A stretch of 63,854 bases of DNA, counting the filler, from Collodictyon triciliatum (Eukaryota): assembly GCA_043381765.1 (NCBI GenBank). It is 23 parts of 23 records of this genome, joined end to end, with 100 filler letters (N's around TTAATTAATTAA, not from the genome) between each part and the next. Parts side by side here need not be neighbours in the genome. Positions count along the whole stretch, not along the records: positions 61,229 to 63,854 come from JBHJMP010008556.1; 22 more parts are not named here. One strand, written 5' to 3'. A model generated the notes under the pieces. It was not told the origin of the DNA. It was given only the letters and a program-made list of their open reading frames with translations, and ran no database searches. Below, piece by piece: positions 61,991-63,854 of the stretch (the first letter of the stretch is position 1; each line of letters begins with the position of its first letter). The translations under genes were made by a program, and so were the position numbers.

Positions 61991-63755
61991 GAAATGTGTC
62001 TATATGAGCGTTCTGAACGAATAATTCACTCAAAGACACAAACGTTATGAAGCAGCTCAAACCTGGGTTTGCAACTGGTTGGAGATGTCGTTCACAGACT
62101 AGAATTTAAGCCAGGTAGAGTGAGTATTCATGGCAAAAAAAAAAAAAAAATATGGAACGGACGAGGAATTGGTATGTGCTAGTTTTTCTTGTCAATTCAT
62201 AGTTAATAAACTCAGTACTAAATCATTATCCTTACAGAGAACCCGAAAATATATGAGGGCACAACGCTCACAAGGGCGACCGAAACAACAGAGAAAAACG
62301 AAAGCAACAGAATGGAGTTGCGTAGCGAAATTGTGCGTCGAATGTTTTTCTTCATCTCAGCCTGATTCAAAAAATAATGTCACCTCAATAAGAAGTGCTG
62401 TTGCAGGGAATCTGCTTTTCTATGCTGCTTTTCAGTGATGGAATTCATGATTTGCAAGAACTCACGTCAATCCAGGCGTTGTTTTTTGGGTCCTTTGGTG
62501 CGGCGGAGTCATCTGACACCAAGGATATGCGGGGTTTGTTCTCATGAGTGTGCGTTGTCATTTATAGTGATCTAATACCAAATGGAGAATCATACAATGT
62601 TACTTTTTATGGGGATTGCGTTTAATGAATCAGCTTTCGTCTTAACACTCTTAAAAAAAAGGATAGTATGGCATTTGTACATGGCTATAATGCCTAACTA
62701 ATTATGTATGTTCAATCAAGTGAAATGATCAAAAGAATAATTTGCCAGACTTCGGGTTATAATATTAAATAAAGGCGATTTTTTTTGTTAGTGGGTCATA
62801 GAAATCGATGTGAATCTCTGTTCCACTAAAAACATGTCCTAGTTTATGATGAACTAGAGAATACTAAGTAGGCCTAGTGAAAATATGTAGATAGTCGTTG
62901 AAAGTCCTTCAATAAGTTTAGGGCATCCCTTGGATGTCGGCTTCGGCGGCTTCGGCAACTGCAGAAATGGCTTTTGTGTGCTAAGGTAGAATCACTCTCA
63001 ACCTCCCAGTGGTCATTATATATACAAGAAGCTTGTGGTTTTTTGGTTGCTAGCTCTTATTTCTCATATATACACATTCAATGCCCATTTTTTATTTTAT
63101 GTTTCGTATTAATTAAAACCCAACCGCTCTAAACATCGGTAAAGTTACAGAACCAAAACACCTTTTGCTTTGCGTAGAAACCAGTGCGTTGTCATAATAA
63201 AATCGTTTCCAAATAGACGTATTGGGACATTTTCTCTGTAAAAAAGAATTGTTTGCTGCATTGTTTTTAAGCTGTGTTGTGCCAGGGTCAAGAAGCCTGC
63301 GGCCTCTAACTCGTACTATGGCATTAGCGTCTGTAGCGCTGAATTAACTGCCTTAGCACATAATTAGCGACTTTAACTTACTTTAAGACCGTTGTGAAGG
63401 AAATCTAATATGTTTGTGGGACGAAAATCGCGTCGGGTTCTGCGAAGAAAGCATTTGCGGTTGGTTTCTTTGAATATTCTTTCAACACGCGGCAAAACGT
63501 GCCACTGTCGAAGAGAATATTTGTTTGGTGGCTGAATTTTCCCTGTTCAATGAAACTCGTTCGCCTTGGGAATCGCTCGTGCTCCGTTCTTAACGAAAAG
63601 TGACTCTCCCTTCATACGGCTTTCAAATTATGCCCCACAAAACTTTCTCTGAAAATTGCTGTTGTATTGCGCACACAAACTCACACAAATTCATGTAAAA
63701 TTGCTTAGATAGTCAAGAAAATAAGAAAAAAAAGGCAAAACCGACAAAAATCGTT

Positions 63756-63854
63756 GAAGACAAAGACAAAGACAAAGACAAAGACAAAGACAAAGACAAA
63801 GACAAAGACAAAGACAAAGACAAAGACAAAGACAAAGACAAAGACAAAGACAAA
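63756..63854 (+). repeat. (GACAAA)n microsatellite at window end
   Basis: Directly visible. Confidence 0.95.

Overview
This window is not a continuous locus. It is 23 unrelated short contigs (mostly about 2.63-2.64 kb) joined by an artificial 100-nt spacer (N-run, TTAATTAATTAA, N-run), so adjacency across spacers means nothing. Most contigs are AT-rich, intron-containing fragments of a unicellular eukaryote genome and break at microsatellites. Recognisable host genes are TOM1/THH1-like, alpha-kinase, CLK/LAMMER kinase, a cNMP-binding channel, CFAP418/C8orf37, TM9SF, an FMR1/FXR-like Agenet-KH protein, an FG-GAP propeller, a YdjM-like protein, Sec24, DENN, CCT8, RING-H2, SDR and USP14. Five things stand out. 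(1) A gene-dense, intronless virus-like contig (1-2640) carries a phage-type fibre, a small membrane protein and a Tlr6F/DUF5754-like gene, suggesting a Polinton-like virus or virophage. (2) An NLR/HET-E-like pentapeptide-WD40x12-SEL1 protein has hypervariable blade positions. (3) Two related non-LTR retrotransposon families have ORF2 tails ending in PIP-box-like motifs, with target-site duplications, very short insertions and a probable twin-priming inversion. (4) A Fragile-X-like protein occurs in what looks like a protist. (5) A pseudokinase and an EF-hand pseudophosphatase sit in compositionally mirror-symmetric GC islands. All family calls come from motif recognition by eye, no searches were run, and spliced-gene boundaries are approximate.
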